Positions 1 through 9,680 of a DNA stretch of 55,921 nucleotides are shown piece by piece. Each line of letters starts with the position of its first letter. Position 1 is the first letter of the stretch. The notes beneath the pieces are model-generated. The model did not search any database. It was not told the origin of the DNA and was given only the letters and a program-made list of their open reading frames with translations. Both the position numbers and the translations under genes were made by a program. This stretch comes from a virus (Duplodnaviria; Heunggongvirae; Uroviricota; Caudoviricetes), in IMG/VR virus record IMGVR_UViG_2541047806_000003, positions 1 through 55,921 of that record. One strand, given 5' to 3'.

Positions 1-1446
1 ATGAGTATGTCATCCATACCGTCGTCCTCCCAATCCGGGAAGCTCTATGGCTGGGTCGAAAGAATTGGTAACAAGGTGCCCCATCCTTTTTTGCTCTTTA
101 TCTATTTGATTATCGTACTCATGGTGACGACAGCAATTTTGTCGGCCTTTGGCGTCAGTGCGAAAAACCCGACCGATGGTACGCCGGTGGTCGTGAAAAA
201 CCTGCTCAGTGTGGAAGTATTACACTGGTTTTTACCCAATGTTATTAAAAACTTTAGCGGTTTTGCTCCACTTGGAGCGATCCTGGCGCTGGTTTTAGGT
301 GCCGGTCTGGCGGAGCGCGTCGGCTTACTGCCAGCGTTGATGGTTAAAATGGCATCGCATGTGAATGCCCGCTACGCCAGTTATATGGTGCTGTTTATTG
401 CTTTTTTTAGCCACATTTCTTCCGATGCGGCGTTAGTGATCATGCCACCGATGGGTGCGCTGATTTTTCTGGCGGTGGGCAGGCATCCAGTTGCAGGTTT
501 ACTGGCCGCCATTGCAGGCGTAGGTTGCGGCTTTACGGCTAATTTACTGATTGTCACAACCGACGTGTTGCTGTCGGGGATCAGCACGGAGGCTGCGGCT
601 GCGTTCAATCCGCAAATGCACGTCAGTGTAATTGATAACTGGTATTTTATGGCCAGCTCCGTAGTCGTACTGACGATTGTTGGCGGCCTGATAACCGACA
701 AAATCATTGAGCCACGTTTAGGTCAATGGCAGGGAAACAGCGATGAGAAACTGCAGACATTAACCGAAAGTCAGCGTTTTGGTTTACGCATAGCAGGTGT
801 CGTATCGCTACTTTTTATTGCTGCGATTGCGCTGATGGTGATCCCGGAAAACGGGATATTGCGCGATCCGATTAATCACACCGTGATGCCATCCCCCTTT
901 ATTAAAGGTATCGTGCCACTGATCATTCTTTTTTTCTTTGTGGTCTCGCTGGCTTATGGCATCGCTACCCGCACAATTCGACGTCAGGCGGATTTACCGC
1001 ATTTAATGATTGAACCGATGAAAGAGATGGCGGGATTTATCGTGATGGTTTTTCCCCTCGCCCAGTTTGTCGCCATGTTTAACTGGAGCAACATGGGGAA
1101 ATTCATCGCCGTGGGGCTGACCGATATACTGGAAAGTTCAGGGCTTAGCGGCATCCCGGCGTTTGTCGGTCTGGCGTTGCTTTCCTCTTTCTTATGCATG
1201 TTTATCGCCAGCGGTTCCGCAATCTGGTCGATTCTGGCCCCCATTTTCGTACCGATGTTTATGCTACTTGGCTTTCACCCGGCATTTGCGCAAATCCTCT
1301 TTCGTATTGCCGACTCATCCGTATTGCCTTTAGCGCCGGTATCTCCTTTTGTTCCACTGTTTCTTGGATTCCTGCAACGTTACAAACCAGACGCGAAACT
1401 GGGTACTTACTATTCGTTAGTTTTGCCCTATCCACTTATCTTTTGA
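1..1446 (+). CDS. abgT: AbgT-family (p-aminobenzoyl-glutamate) transporter; ORF begins at window edge and appears C-terminally shortened at the prophage junction
   Basis: 481 aa polytopic membrane protein, N-terminus MSMSSIPSSSQSGKLYGWVERIGNKVPHPF recognised as AbgT-like; ORF stops at 1446 just before phage-end repeat and terminator. Confidence 0.7.
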   Translation: MSMSSIPSSSQSGKLYGWVERIGNKVPHPFLLFIYLIIVLMVTTAILSAFGVSAKNPTDGTPVVVKNLLSVEVLHWFLPNVIKNFSGFAPLGAILALVLGAGLAERVGLLPALMVKMASHVNARYASYMVLFIAFFSHISSDAALVIMPPMGALIFLAVGRHPVAGLLAAIAGVGCGFTANLLIVTTDVLLSGISTEAAAAFNPQMHVSVIDNWYFMASSVVVLTIVGGLITDKIIEPRLGQWQGNSDEKLQTLTESQRFGLRIAGVVSLLFIAAIALMVIPENGILRDPINHTVMPSPFIKGIVPLIILFFFVVSLAYGIATRTIRRQADLPHLMIEPMKEMAGFIVMVFPLAQFVAMFNWSNMGKFIAVGLTDILESSGLSGIPAFVGLALLSSFLCMFIASGSAIWSILAPIFVPMFMLLGFHPAFAQILFRIADSSVLPLAPVSPFVPLFLGFLQRYKPDAKLGTYYSLVLPYPLIF

Positions 1447-1513
1447 ATGGCTGGCTTAACGAAAAAATATTTTGTATTCAACATGTTATGTTTTGTTTTG
1501 TTTTTAATTTACC

Positions 1514-1537
1514 AATTTGGTCGCAATTTGGTACACA
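1514..1537. repeat. Left copy of 24-bp prophage-end repeat AATTTGGTCGCAATTTGGTACACA (candidate integrase arm-type/att site)
   Basis: 22/24 identical to 55886-55909 immediately upstream of integrase start; contains AATTTGGT sub-repeats. Confidence 0.45.
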
Positions 1538-1564
1538 AAAAAGAAACGAGGCGTTAGCCTCGTT
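1536..1564 (-). terminator. Rho-independent terminator ending the late (tail) operon
   Basis: 8-bp GC-rich stem AACGAGGC/GCCTCGTT with loop GTTA, followed on minus strand by TCTTTTTTGTGT. Confidence 0.6.
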
Positions 1565-1611
1565 TCGCGCGGCGATGTTTTCAACATCACCATGCTATCA
1601 CTGCCGCATCA

Positions 1612-1896
1612 TTAAGCCCATGCGCGGACGCCTGGATCTGGAACAATGAAAGGCTCAAGCTGAGAAATATCAACATCGTCACCAGTTATACGCACGTTGA
1701 CGTAATAACCTTTTTTCCCAATAAGTACAGGTGTCTCGCTTTCTGGATCGTCGAATACAAGGACAAAACCGATATCATCAATAAACACGGTTGACCAATT
1801 GGCATCCAGCAAGCCGCTATTAATCACAATGTCGTTGTATTGCTGTTTGTCAGTAAATTGCAAGCTAACGTCTTTCATGTTAACCACCTTAAACAA
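1612..1896 (-). CDS. Hypothetical protein downstream of tail fibre (possible fibre assembly/accessory protein)
   Basis: 94 aa ORF, start overlaps stop of tail-fibre gene (translational coupling); last gene before terminator. Confidence 0.45.
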   Translation of the reverse strand: MFKVVNMKDVSLQFTDKQQYNDIVINSGLLDANWSTVFIDDIGFVLVFDDPESETPVLIGKKGYYVNVRITGDDVDISQLEPFIVPDPGVRAWA

Positions 1897-3685
1897 TTTC
1901 GCTTAATTGCGCATCAGTTAATGCCTTATGCCATACTCGAAAATTTCTGATATGACCAAATAAATGACGTTGTCCTGTCGTTGTCTGACCACCGATACGA
2001 ATAGTTGCGGAGCTTTGAATATAAGTCCAGGTTGTTTTTATTTCGCTGGATATACGTCCGTTACTTATTGCACATGTCAATTGATCTGCTTTTACACGCA
2101 TCCCCATAACCATTTTTTCCAGCCCGGCATTTTCATTTATTCGTCGGTCTGAACCACTTATATTGCAATACGGAAAACCGTCGTACCCACCTGATGAACC
2201 AAACCCCATTTCGATCCCCGCTCCGGTTTGATGACCGCTGATATTAAAAACACGCGGTGCTGCATTTGGCGTTTTATACCAGTTCTTATGTACCTCACAA
2301 AGAACCGTAAAAGGAAGATTATAAAGGTTATTCTTGATTGGGACTGTCACCATATCGCTTGCCCGCGTTGCCGGTGCCGTCCCCGTAACAATAAAAGATG
2401 ATGCGCCTGTACCAGCCTCAATCTGTGGAGTGGTTACATCGAGATAATCCCCTGATGTAACCATCTGCCCTGTATCCGGAGAATACTGGACAAAACCACC
2501 AACCGTATTTTCTGTTGTATCTGCTTTTAATGTAGCCTCAAAAAATATCCAGCCAGTTGCATCATCCTTAACAGACCTTGCTGTAACACGGCTTGTCTGA
2601 CCTGTCTTGCTAATTATGCGGGTGGTAAGGTTCAGGTTTGCTGCTCCTATTGATGTCCTTACCTCCCCATCATAATGTTCAAATAAAATACGAACGGCGA
2701 TATTATCAACTTCACTTTTTACCCGACAGGATATAGTTACATGCTTTTCGTCCCCTGAAGTATCAACCCCTCCGGCACTCGAATACAGTCCGATAATGGC
2801 ATGCGCTTTACTTGTACCAACAATCGAATCCTGTACGACAAACCGGCCATAATTAAACCCGAAACTATCTGCGCCTGTTTCTGTAACGTCCAGTGAAGTT
2901 GACTTATTCCACTTCGAAGGGTCTGTACTGTTCTGGAAGAAGTTCGTTCTTTGTCCCTCAATAAGCAGGCCATCACACTCAAATCGCGGCTCATTAATTT
3001 CCGCCGTTTTCAGTTCGCCAGATTTGTTGATATATGTTGCCGTTGATGCGCGACTGAAATTAACCTGTTTATCACTGGCAACCTGAACCACATTATCGCC
3101 AATCTTCACTTTTTTATAACCCGGAGAATAGCCCGTAATCATATCCAGCGAATCATTAAAGGGCATCCACACATCCGGCAGCGGCTGTAAAACATACGCG
3201 TAAGGCTGCGCCGTCTGATTGGCGTATTCGTGGGCTTCGTCTCTGTATGTCTTAGCTGAATCGGCTGCGCTTGTCGCTGTTGTTGCAGCGTTGGTTGCAG
3301 TGGTAGCTGATTGTGATGCTAATTTTGAGGCTGAAATCACATCTTTGTTGTCGCTAAAAAATTCAACTGCGTCCGCTATTTCTGATTCTTTGCCCTGATA
3401 GTAACGCAGTGTTTCGGCGACATCCTGAGCAAGACCATCCACAGAGATCGAATCTGAAAGCAGGATGCTAAATTTAGTTCCAGCCGGAATAGCCGGACTT
3501 GCCGCAGGAGTTACCGACAAACTTGTTGCGCTTTTTACCTTTGTGATTGAAAAAATCTGCACCGGATCGCTAATGGCAATAAGAGTGCAACCCACTCTGA
3601 TCAGAGATAATGCGGCGTTGAATTCAGTCCCTGCCCCGGTAACTGTGTTTCCGCTAACAGCTATAGTGCCTGTTGTGTAAATCAT
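1889..3685 (-). CDS. Distal/side tail fibre protein
   Basis: 598 aa; N-terminal MIYTTGTIAVSGNTVTGAGTEF and Ala/Thr-rich repeat ATTATNAATTATSAADSAKTYRDEA typical of tail fibres; position after J-like gene. Confidence 0.7.
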   Translation of the reverse strand: MIYTTGTIAVSGNTVTGAGTEFNAALSLIRVGCTLIAISDPVQIFSITKVKSATSLSVTPAASPAIPAGTKFSILLSDSISVDGLAQDVAETLRYYQGKESEIADAVEFFSDNKDVISASKLASQSATTATNAATTATSAADSAKTYRDEAHEYANQTAQPYAYVLQPLPDVWMPFNDSLDMITGYSPGYKKVKIGDNVVQVASDKQVNFSRASTATYINKSGELKTAEINEPRFECDGLLIEGQRTNFFQNSTDPSKWNKSTSLDVTETGADSFGFNYGRFVVQDSIVGTSKAHAIIGLYSSAGGVDTSGDEKHVTISCRVKSEVDNIAVRILFEHYDGEVRTSIGAANLNLTTRIISKTGQTSRVTARSVKDDATGWIFFEATLKADTTENTVGGFVQYSPDTGQMVTSGDYLDVTTPQIEAGTGASSFIVTGTAPATRASDMVTVPIKNNLYNLPFTVLCEVHKNWYKTPNAAPRVFNISGHQTGAGIEMGFGSSGGYDGFPYCNISGSDRRINENAGLEKMVMGMRVKADQLTCAISNGRISSEIKTTWTYIQSSATIRIGGQTTTGQRHLFGHIRNFRVWHKALTDAQLSEIV

Positions 3686-3730
3686 CGCAATAACTCCGTT
3701 TTGTTAATTAACTAAACAATTCTACCATTT

Positions 3731-3746
3731 TGTGATCTGTGTTACA
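3731..3746. promoter_or_regulatory. CRP-like palindrome TGTGATCTGTGTTACA upstream of moron 1
   Basis: 9/10 match to TGTGA-N6-TCACA; part of recurrent CATTTTGTGATCTG motif. Confidence 0.3.
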
Positions 3747-3882
3747 CTTTGGGCTTATACATAATGTATTTTTTGATCTATATCAACATACGAAATGATA
3801 GCTTCTGCGGTGATTTGCTCATCGGATGGGTGGATCATCACGAACAACAAATGACAGTAAAACAAACAGTAAGGTGAATACA

Positions 3883-4128
3883 ATGAAAAAACTAATTGTT
3901 GCTTGCATCTTATCAGCTCTGTCTTTTGGTGCTTTTGCTTCTGTAAATTCGACAGATAAGAGTGATGCTGGCACTGCTCAATATGGTGATACTGGCCTTG
4001 ATAACCAACGTTCGAGTTATTTCAATACTGACTCATGGAAAGAAAAACAACTACAAGGTAAAATTATTGACAGTGAATGTAATTTACCTATCCATTTTTC
4101 TGGTATAAATGATGGGTGTAAAAAATAA
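3883..4128 (+). CDS. Small secreted protein (moron between J and tail fibre)
   Basis: 81 aa from ATG 3883 with SD AAGGTGA; N-terminal signal peptide MKKLIVACILSALSFGAFA; opposite strand to tail genes; own terminator. Confidence 0.5.
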   Translation: MKKLIVACILSALSFGAFASVNSTDKSDAGTAQYGDTGLDNQRSSYFNTDSWKEKQLQGKIIDSECNLPIHFSGINDGCKK

Positions 4129-4140
4129 AAACAATGCATA

Positions 4141-4167
4141 AAAAACGGGGCTTATGCCCCGTTTTTT
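4141..4167. terminator. Bidirectional rho-independent terminator
   Basis: Stem AACGGGGC/GCCCCGTT, loop TTAT, A-run upstream and T-run downstream. Confidence 0.6.
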
Positions 4168-7100
4168 ATGCTGTCGTTGATGTTCTAAATGATCCGGTGC
4201 CTCTTGCTACTATCATTGTTGGAGAATACAACGCGGTACAATATGCGTATCCTTCAGATGATGATGTTTGAGGACAATATATTTTCCCGATAATATCTGA
4301 TGCTTTTAAACCAGAAAAAGCGCATTGCACTGTTAATGTGCATCCACCATAAGGCACGTAATATGAAATTGTTTTGTTTTTATCTCCGCAACTAAACGTT
4401 ACGTTATAAGTGGATCTATATTCACCAGACATTAATGAAATAGTCGCCATAAGCATAACTGATTTCGTCAATGCATTATCCGTGCTGTCTTTATATGTGA
4501 TGGTTGCGCTATAACTTCCGTTATGCCCAAGCACTCGATCTGGACCAACCCCCATGTTAGCAACGTCACCGACAAATGACTTTGCCTCTACTGTACCTTT
4601 AAACTTCCCGCTTGTGGCCTGAATCTCACCAGTGAATTTACCAGATGTTGCGTACACCGTACCGCGTACAGTGACGTTGTTGAACTCCGCATTGCCGTTT
4701 TTATTTAGCATCCAGCCAGCCGAACCAGCTTTATAGTTGGTTGACTGAATTTGCTGCGCAATCTTCGCGGTAGTGATTGATGCGTCTCTGATCCACGCAT
4801 CACGGATGTAGCAAGCACCGTTAGTAACATAGAACGGGGTCTGATAGGAGCCACCTGCCGCAGTCATAAGCACGAAACGGTCAACGAGGAAAATACACTG
4901 CGATTGAACGTTAGTCCCGCTACCAGTAAGGCCGAGCGACATTCCTGTAGCGTATTTCATACCGTTTTTATCAGTGGCAATCTTAATTGAATATGACGCA
5001 TCAACGTTACCTTTGAAGTCAGTCAGTGCTTTTGATGTCGTTTCTATCGCCGTTGTGTTTCCGTTAATAGTTACTTTCAACTGGTCGATTCTGGTTGACA
5101 ATGCCTCGTCTGCCGTTGCCATAGCCTGTGACCATTCCGTGATGCTTGAGTTTACATCGTCGAAAGATGCCGAGATCTGGCCAAATTTTTCCGCGCTTGA
5201 TGTTTCATGCGTAGAAAGTGCAGTTGACACTTCGGATACTTTCGAATTAATCGTACTGGTAAGCGATGAGTTAAGGCTGCTGATTGCGTCAGTGCGTGCA
5301 TTCTTCTCATCTGCGATCGCTTTATCCATCCTGGTTACGTTGCTTGTCACCTTGCTATCGAGCGTGGAAATTGACGCATTAACCCCGCTAATAGCTTCTG
5401 CGCGTGCGCTCGCCTCATCTGCGATTGCTTTATCAAGACGGGAAACGCTCGCGTCGGTTTTGCTTTCAAGACTACTGACGCTGGCGTTAACGTTGCTAAT
5501 AGCTTCTGCGCGTGCGCTCGCCTCATCTGCGATTGCTGTGTCTACCCTTGCTATTTCCGCTTTTGTTTTTGTTTGTCCTTTCCTGTATTTCGCCTCAATA
5601 ACAGTGCTCATCTTGCTTTGCGCCATTGAGTTATTAATAAGCGCCAGAGATGCGTTTTGCAGACTTGCTTTCGCCTGATCTATCTCGTCGCTGTTTTTAT
5701 CAACCTCACTTTTAACGCCGCCAAGCGTCGCGCTGATACCTGATATCGCCTGAGCACGTGCGCTTGATTCATCAGCGATAGCTTGATCAAGACGGCTAAC
5801 ACTGGCATTTGTGTTATTTTCAAGCGTTGTTAAATCAGCTTTAACCACTGTTATTGCGTCGCTTCTTGCCTGCGTTTCATCTGATATTGCATTATCGAGG
5901 CGCTTAACGCTGGCGTCAGTTTTCTTGTCAAGTGTTGAGATACTTGCGTTCACGTCGCTGATAGCCTGAGTACGCGCACTTGTTTCGTCTGCAATTGCCT
6001 GATCAAGACGGTTTACGCTGGCGTCAGTTTTCTTGTCAAGATTGCTTATTGAGGCATTTACACCGTTAATAGCTTCAGCGCGGGCGCTGGCCTCGTCAGC
6101 TACTGCGCGTTGCACATTAGAGATCTGACCTTTAAGGTTTGTGTCCATCACATTCATTTCTGCCGTGATGGTTTCCAGTGATTCCGCTGTCGCTTTTTTC
6201 TCTTCAGCGATAACGTTGTCAATGCGGTCAATTTCCGCTTTCGTCTCTGTCCTGCCTTTCTTGTACTGAGCGGTAAGAGTTACGCGAGTGTTAGTCTGTG
6301 CAAGCGAGTTATTAATAAGAGCAAGTGAGGCGTTTTGCAGACTTGCTTTTGCTTGCGCCAGTTCGCTGCCAACTTTTTCGCTAGACACCTCCAGCGAGTC
6401 GATTCTCGACTCATGCTGTCCAATATCATCGGCGTTTTCCTTAACTTTTTTATAAAGATCTTCCGTTTCTTTTTTGAGCGTATCAGTATCAGCTTTTATT
6501 GATCCTGTTTCTATGGTTAGGTTGTCAGTTTCAGTCCTTAAATCGTCAGTTATGTTGGTCAGATTATCAGTTGCAGTTTTGAGGTTGTCAGTAGCAGTTT
6601 TAAGGTCATTCGTAGCGCTTTCGATAAGATCAGTGCGGTCGCCTAGATCTTTAATGTCACCAACCATTTCTTTAAATTGTTTGGAATTCATTACGTCTTT
6701 GGTGACGTAATCGGTAATTTCATCAAAGTTTTCTGTTGGCTTACCTGACGCTTCCACAAAGTCAGACACACCAAAAGCGTTACGCGCGCGCACATAAACG
6801 TAATATGTGTGACCTGTATTCATGCCGCCAAACGTCCACTGATGACCACGCCCAGTATATTGTGCTTTAGTGGTTATTGATGCCGGATCAGTGATCTGCG
6901 TTTCACCTGAGTAATAAAACTCGTAACTGGTATCAGTGGTGAGCGTTGTTCTGCTGATCGGGTAAACTGTAGCCTGGAATACACCGGGAACCCAATTAAC
7001 GCCAACTGGGGCCGCTGGTGCGCCAATAACCAGATCGACAATGCTTTCCGCACCCTTCATGCCCGTGTCATTTCTGCCACGAATGCCTAATGAGTAGTTG

Positions 7101-9136
7101 CCAGCATCAATGCCATAAAAATCATAACTGTAATTCGTGGTTTCGTAGCTTTTAACTACAGCGCCTTCGGCGTTATACACGCGAATCTCAAAGGTCAGGC
7201 GACGCGTTGTCGTCTGTGTTTCCCATGTTGCGCGACATTGAACCGTTTCAGATCCAACGTTTAACACCTTCAGATTTTCAATGTTCGGCACGCGGAAGTG
7301 ATTAAGCGTGTCGTTATTGATCTCGAAGATTGCGCCATTATCGACTACGGCCTGCTTATGTGGATCATGCTGTGCGGCCTCGATGGTGTATACGCTGTTA
7401 TTTTCTGTTTCTGCTACACTGGTGATTCGACATAAAACGGGTTTTGCTGCGTTGGTTGATACAGCAAAAACAGTGCCGTTACGAATCCACGCCGGGGCGG
7501 CTGCAAGGGTGATAATGTTCCCGTTAACTCCGATGATCTGGTGTTTTTTAAATTTACCATCGCTATCAAGTAAGCTGATGGTGTCGCCAGCCGCGATATA
7601 TTCAGAATCAACCTTGTCGACCGTGATCGCTCTGCCATTGTTCGCCACGATGCGACCGCCTAAACGAGCGCCTGCGCGATTATTATCGAGGATCTCGATT
7701 ATATCCCCCGGCGTAAAGTGAATGGCGTCACGGGCCATTTTAAATGTGAATTTTGACGGCTCGCGTTTCGCTGTTTCGATCAGCCATTTACCAGCGCGGT
7801 GCGCTTGCCCGCGTGAAGTGCAACCGAACGCCTCCAACGTGGTTTCGTTATAACCATCACGGGCGATTAGTTTATCATCTGCGACATATTCTTTTGATTG
7901 CTCCCAGCCGTTTTCAGGGTCAGTCCAGGATACGATCACGGCGTTGTAGCATTCTGCGCGTGCGATACTTGAACGAGTAAACGCGCCATCAACGACGTTT
8001 GCATTTGTGATGGTGGCGATTGGATCTTGTGGCGCATCAATCATCACGGTAAGACGTTGTCCGTCCCATAACGCGATACCACGGAACATACCTGCGATGT
8101 TGTCCAGTAGGTCGCGGGCGCTCATTTGCTCCGTAATGTAAGCGTTAAGCGTCATGCGAGGTTCAAGGCCACCATAGCCATCATCAACCAACTGATCGCA
8201 GTATTGAGAAAGCACGTACAAAGCGCCATCATCAACATCAATGTAACCAGCATGTCGAGCAAGTCCAAAGCGCTCGTTTTTAACCAGATACCGGAAAAGC
8301 CATGCAGGGTTATTGGTATACGCCTTTTTAAATCCACCAAGCCATAAACCTGAATATGTGCGCGTTTCAGGGTTGTAGTTGTCAGGCACATCAACAATCA
8401 GGCCGCGAAGGTGATAGGTGCGGGTAGGCGTATCAGTATACTGATCATGGTCAATTACGGCGCCAGCTACAGCGGTATGAGGATAAGACAGATTATCATC
8501 TATTATTTCGCTGTAACTACTCCACCGCGTATCATTCCGCAATAGATCGCCGTTGCTGTCTGGTGTTATGCGACGAACGCGAATATCAAACGGTTTTTCA
8601 TCCGGCGCTTTAATGATGTGAGCTTCCAGGTATTCACCGCTTTGTTTACCAGGGCCAATGTGTATGTCTTTAATCAGCGACCACGTAGAAGATGATGACG
8701 GTTTAACATCAACCATCAACATGACGGATGTATTATATTGATTGCCCTTTTCATCTGACTGAACGAGAGCATCAACACCAAGATTCAACCTGACGCGGGT
8801 AACGTTTGGATCTGAAACAGTCCTGATTATTGGTGTGTCGTGAGTTACCTTTGCGTTGACAATAACGGTTGACTCAATGGCGTTAAAACCATTAATCGGC
8901 GATTGGTCAGCCGTGCCGTTGCGCCAGGCTATACTAATCCCCGGAATTGATGTATTCCCGTTTGCGTCAGTAACAGGAGTGTCATTAAGCATCACGTCAT
9001 TCAATGGCGCTTTCTGGTTTACCGGACCGTATATCGGCCCTTCGCTGAGAATATCTAAAACACGATAAAACTGTTTGTGATACAGGTTATCGTTCAATAA
9101 TGTTGGTGTTTTGGCTTTGCCGCCGCCGCTACTCAT
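4166..9136 (-). CDS. Host-specificity / central tail fibre protein (lambda J-like) with long coiled-coil repeat extension
   Basis: 1656 aa; N-terminal two thirds resemble lambda gpJ (e.g. YSGLWLGGFKKAYTNNPAWLFRYL); residues about 920-1400 are heptad-like repeats (DASVSRLDKAIADEASARAEAISGVNASIS...). Confidence 0.85.
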   Translation of the reverse strand: MSSGGGKAKTPTLLNDNLYHKQFYRVLDILSEGPIYGPVNQKAPLNDVMLNDTPVTDANGNTSIPGISIAWRNGTADQSPINGFNAIESTVIVNAKVTHDTPIIRTVSDPNVTRVRLNLGVDALVQSDEKGNQYNTSVMLMVDVKPSSSSTWSLIKDIHIGPGKQSGEYLEAHIIKAPDEKPFDIRVRRITPDSNGDLLRNDTRWSSYSEIIDDNLSYPHTAVAGAVIDHDQYTDTPTRTYHLRGLIVDVPDNYNPETRTYSGLWLGGFKKAYTNNPAWLFRYLVKNERFGLARHAGYIDVDDGALYVLSQYCDQLVDDGYGGLEPRMTLNAYITEQMSARDLLDNIAGMFRGIALWDGQRLTVMIDAPQDPIATITNANVVDGAFTRSSIARAECYNAVIVSWTDPENGWEQSKEYVADDKLIARDGYNETTLEAFGCTSRGQAHRAGKWLIETAKREPSKFTFKMARDAIHFTPGDIIEILDNNRAGARLGGRIVANNGRAITVDKVDSEYIAAGDTISLLDSDGKFKKHQIIGVNGNIITLAAAPAWIRNGTVFAVSTNAAKPVLCRITSVAETENNSVYTIEAAQHDPHKQAVVDNGAIFEINNDTLNHFRVPNIENLKVLNVGSETVQCRATWETQTTTRRLTFEIRVYNAEGAVVKSYETTNYSYDFYGIDAGNYSLGIRGRNDTGMKGAESIVDLVIGAPAAPVGVNWVPGVFQATVYPISRTTLTTDTSYEFYYSGETQITDPASITTKAQYTGRGHQWTFGGMNTGHTYYVYVRARNAFGVSDFVEASGKPTENFDEITDYVTKDVMNSKQFKEMVGDIKDLGDRTDLIESATNDLKTATDNLKTATDNLTNITDDLRTETDNLTIETGSIKADTDTLKKETEDLYKKVKENADDIGQHESRIDSLEVSSEKVGSELAQAKASLQNASLALINNSLAQTNTRVTLTAQYKKGRTETKAEIDRIDNVIAEEKKATAESLETITAEMNVMDTNLKGQISNVQRAVADEASARAEAINGVNASISNLDKKTDASVNRLDQAIADETSARTQAISDVNASISTLDKKTDASVKRLDNAISDETQARSDAITVVKADLTTLENNTNASVSRLDQAIADESSARAQAISGISATLGGVKSEVDKNSDEIDQAKASLQNASLALINNSMAQSKMSTVIEAKYRKGQTKTKAEIARVDTAIADEASARAEAISNVNASVSSLESKTDASVSRLDKAIADEASARAEAISGVNASISTLDSKVTSNVTRMDKAIADEKNARTDAISSLNSSLTSTINSKVSEVSTALSTHETSSAEKFGQISASFDDVNSSITEWSQAMATADEALSTRIDQLKVTINGNTTAIETTSKALTDFKGNVDASYSIKIATDKNGMKYATGMSLGLTGSGTNVQSQCIFLVDRFVLMTAAGGSYQTPFYVTNGACYIRDAWIRDASITTAKIAQQIQSTNYKAGSAGWMLNKNGNAEFNNVTVRGTVYATSGKFTGEIQATSGKFKGTVEAKSFVGDVANMGVGPDRVLGHNGSYSATITYKDSTDNALTKSVMLMATISLMSGEYRSTYNVTFSCGDKNKTISYYVPYGGCTLTVQCAFSGLKASDIIGKIYCPQTSSSEGYAYCTALYSPTMIVARGTGSFRTSTTA
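4940..6380. repeat. Intragenic tandem repeat region within J-like gene
   Basis: Exact 41-bp repeat TAATAGCTTCTGCGCGTGCGCTCGCCTCATCTGCGATTGCT at 5388-5428 and 5507-5547 plus many degenerate copies encoding the coiled coil. Confidence 0.6.
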
Positions 9137-9149
9137 GGTTTTTCTCCTG

Positions 9150-9680
9150 TTAACTTACAACGTCTAAGGCGTCTCTATTGTTGCTTGTGTCTATGCCTAA
9201 CGATCCGACGTTTGAACCTATTTTCATTTCACCTAATAGTATTGGCACTGGTCTACCCTGGCCCACCTTGTTTTCAATGCTGGTGTAGGTGTTGTTCGTT
9301 ATGGTGTTATCTTGTGCGCTTTCTGCCGATGTTTTTATCTTCATGTTGCGGGACATAAAGATTGAGAACGCAACGCTAACCACCGAAACACCAATCAGGA
9401 TCCAGCCTACAACACCAATCCCAGCAATACCGCCTTCAACTACTGGCGCAATAATGACGGTAGTTCCGTCAGGGTATTTACTATTAACCGCTGCCGGGGC
9501 CGTCTTTTCGTTATAATCTTTCCCGGCAATCCGTAACCGCAAAGGTGTATTTAAAAAAGCCTTCTTGAATTCCTGATTCTGCGCGGTCAATAAGCGAAGC
9601 CCTTGCGCTGGCGTTTCAACGTTTAAACACACTTTGCTGTAATATCTTCGAAGATTGCCCGTAAATCTAAATTTGAGCAT
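9150..9680 (-). CDS. Tail assembly protein (lambda I-like); 5' end uncertain
   Basis: 176 aa, C-terminal hydrophobic segment, position between K-like and J-like genes; ORF overlaps K-like 3' end by 58 nt. Confidence 0.65.
   Translation of the reverse strand: MLKFRFTGNLRRYYSKVCLNVETPAQGLRLLTAQNQEFKKAFLNTPLRLRIAGKDYNEKTAPAAVNSKYPDGTTVIIAPVVEGGIAGIGVVGWILIGVSVVSVAFSIFMSRNMKIKTSAESAQDNTITNNTYTSIENKVGQGRPVPILLGEMKIGSNVGSLGIDTSNNRDALDVVS

Noticed and set aside
1194-1649. Plus-strand 151 aa ORF overlapping the 3' end of abgT and the prophage-end terminator
   Set aside because: Alternative frame of a well-supported transporter gene that runs through a terminator hairpin.
4974-5678. Plus-strand 234 aa ORF and other antisense ORFs (6474-6710, 7308-7721, 8126-8347) inside the J-like gene
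   Set aside because: They lie antisense within a well-supported 1656 aa gene and are low-complexity (Ala/Ser/Leu-rich) translations of the repeat region.
4940-6380. Possible CRISPR array suggested by regularly spaced repeats
   Set aside because: Repeats are inside a continuous reading frame, are degenerate, have no unique spacers and encode a coiled coil.
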